From Fimbriimonadaceae bacterium (GTDB taxonomy: Bacteria; Armatimonadota; UBA10988), in assembly GCA_020850355.1 (NCBI GenBank), contig JADZEX010000081.1, positions 131,113-195,112 on the forward strand: a DNA stretch of 64,000 bases. Reading direction: 5' to 3'. The position numbers and the translations under genes are program-made. Position 1 is the stretch's first letter, and each line of letters begins with the position of its first letter. Of this stretch, positions 63,800 through 64,000 are shown one piece after another. The notes under the pieces were generated by a model, which worked only from the letters and a program-made list of their open reading frames with translations, was not told the origin of the DNA and ran no database searches.

Positions 63800-64000
63800 C
63801 AGCGCTGCTCCGCAGGCCGGCCAACCGCCCATTGCGCTGCCTGCCAGGGATTCCTGCCGGGCGGAACCAGCCAAGAGCCGGGCCTGTCTGACGGTCGGGA
63901 GATCGCGGTGGTGCCCTGGATCGGAGTGCTGGCCCTGGTGACCCTGGCCGGCGGCGAGACACCCGCAGCGGCGGCCTTCACGCCCACCAGCCGTTACCAG

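Noticed and set aside
1-64000. Scan for CRISPR arrays, rRNA and tRNA genes.
   Set aside because: No regularly spaced short repeats, no 16S/23S-like conserved blocks and no GTTCGAATC-type T-loop motifs were noticed in intergenic regions. Cannot be fully excluded without tRNAscan/Infernal.

Overview
This is a 64 kb window of a very high-GC (about 70%) bacterial chromosome. Gene density is high and many adjacent genes are translationally coupled through ATGA/GTGA stop-start overlaps. No rRNA, tRNA or CRISPR was found by eye.

The core content is housekeeping. tsaB-tsaE-mreD-mreC sit at the 5' end of a long minus-strand operon. Upstream in the same operon are a lipoprotein, a transglutaminase-like protein, a DUF2233 phosphodiester glycosidase, an ABC-2 exporter, an alpha/beta hydrolase and GGT. 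Elsewhere are ruvCAB, smpB, glyS (single-chain GlyRS) and prfB with its canonical +1 programmed frameshift (CTT TGA C). The window also carries DUF5693-CsaB (SCWP pyruvylation), a SPOR protein, PAS/CobW proteins, a PAS histidine kinase and a cluster of secreted glycan-active enzymes.

Two accessory insertions stand out.

- A 1.9 kb low-GC islet (about 30.44-32.33 kb) carries a small Cys-rich protein overlapping an ImmA/IrrE (COG2856) Zn-peptidase protein. The peptidase has a 270-aa N-terminal extension and no HTH partner. A 5'-truncated gene remnant lies just downstream.
- A four-gene cassette (45.65-51.46 kb) encodes an atypical Ser/Thr kinase with a C-terminal Zn ribbon, a vWA (TerY-like) protein, a PP2C phosphatase and a protein with two tandem FGE-sulfatase domains. 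This is a TerY-P-like triad plus a novel partner. It sits directly against a 5'-truncated SDR pseudogene. Nearby is a DUF559(Vsr-like)-Macro fusion gene co-operonic with a polytopic membrane protein and a sensor kinase.

Coordinates include stop codons. Starts were fixed by ORF-track frame arithmetic plus RBS inspection. Some may be off by a codon or two, and some may actually use GTG/TTG.
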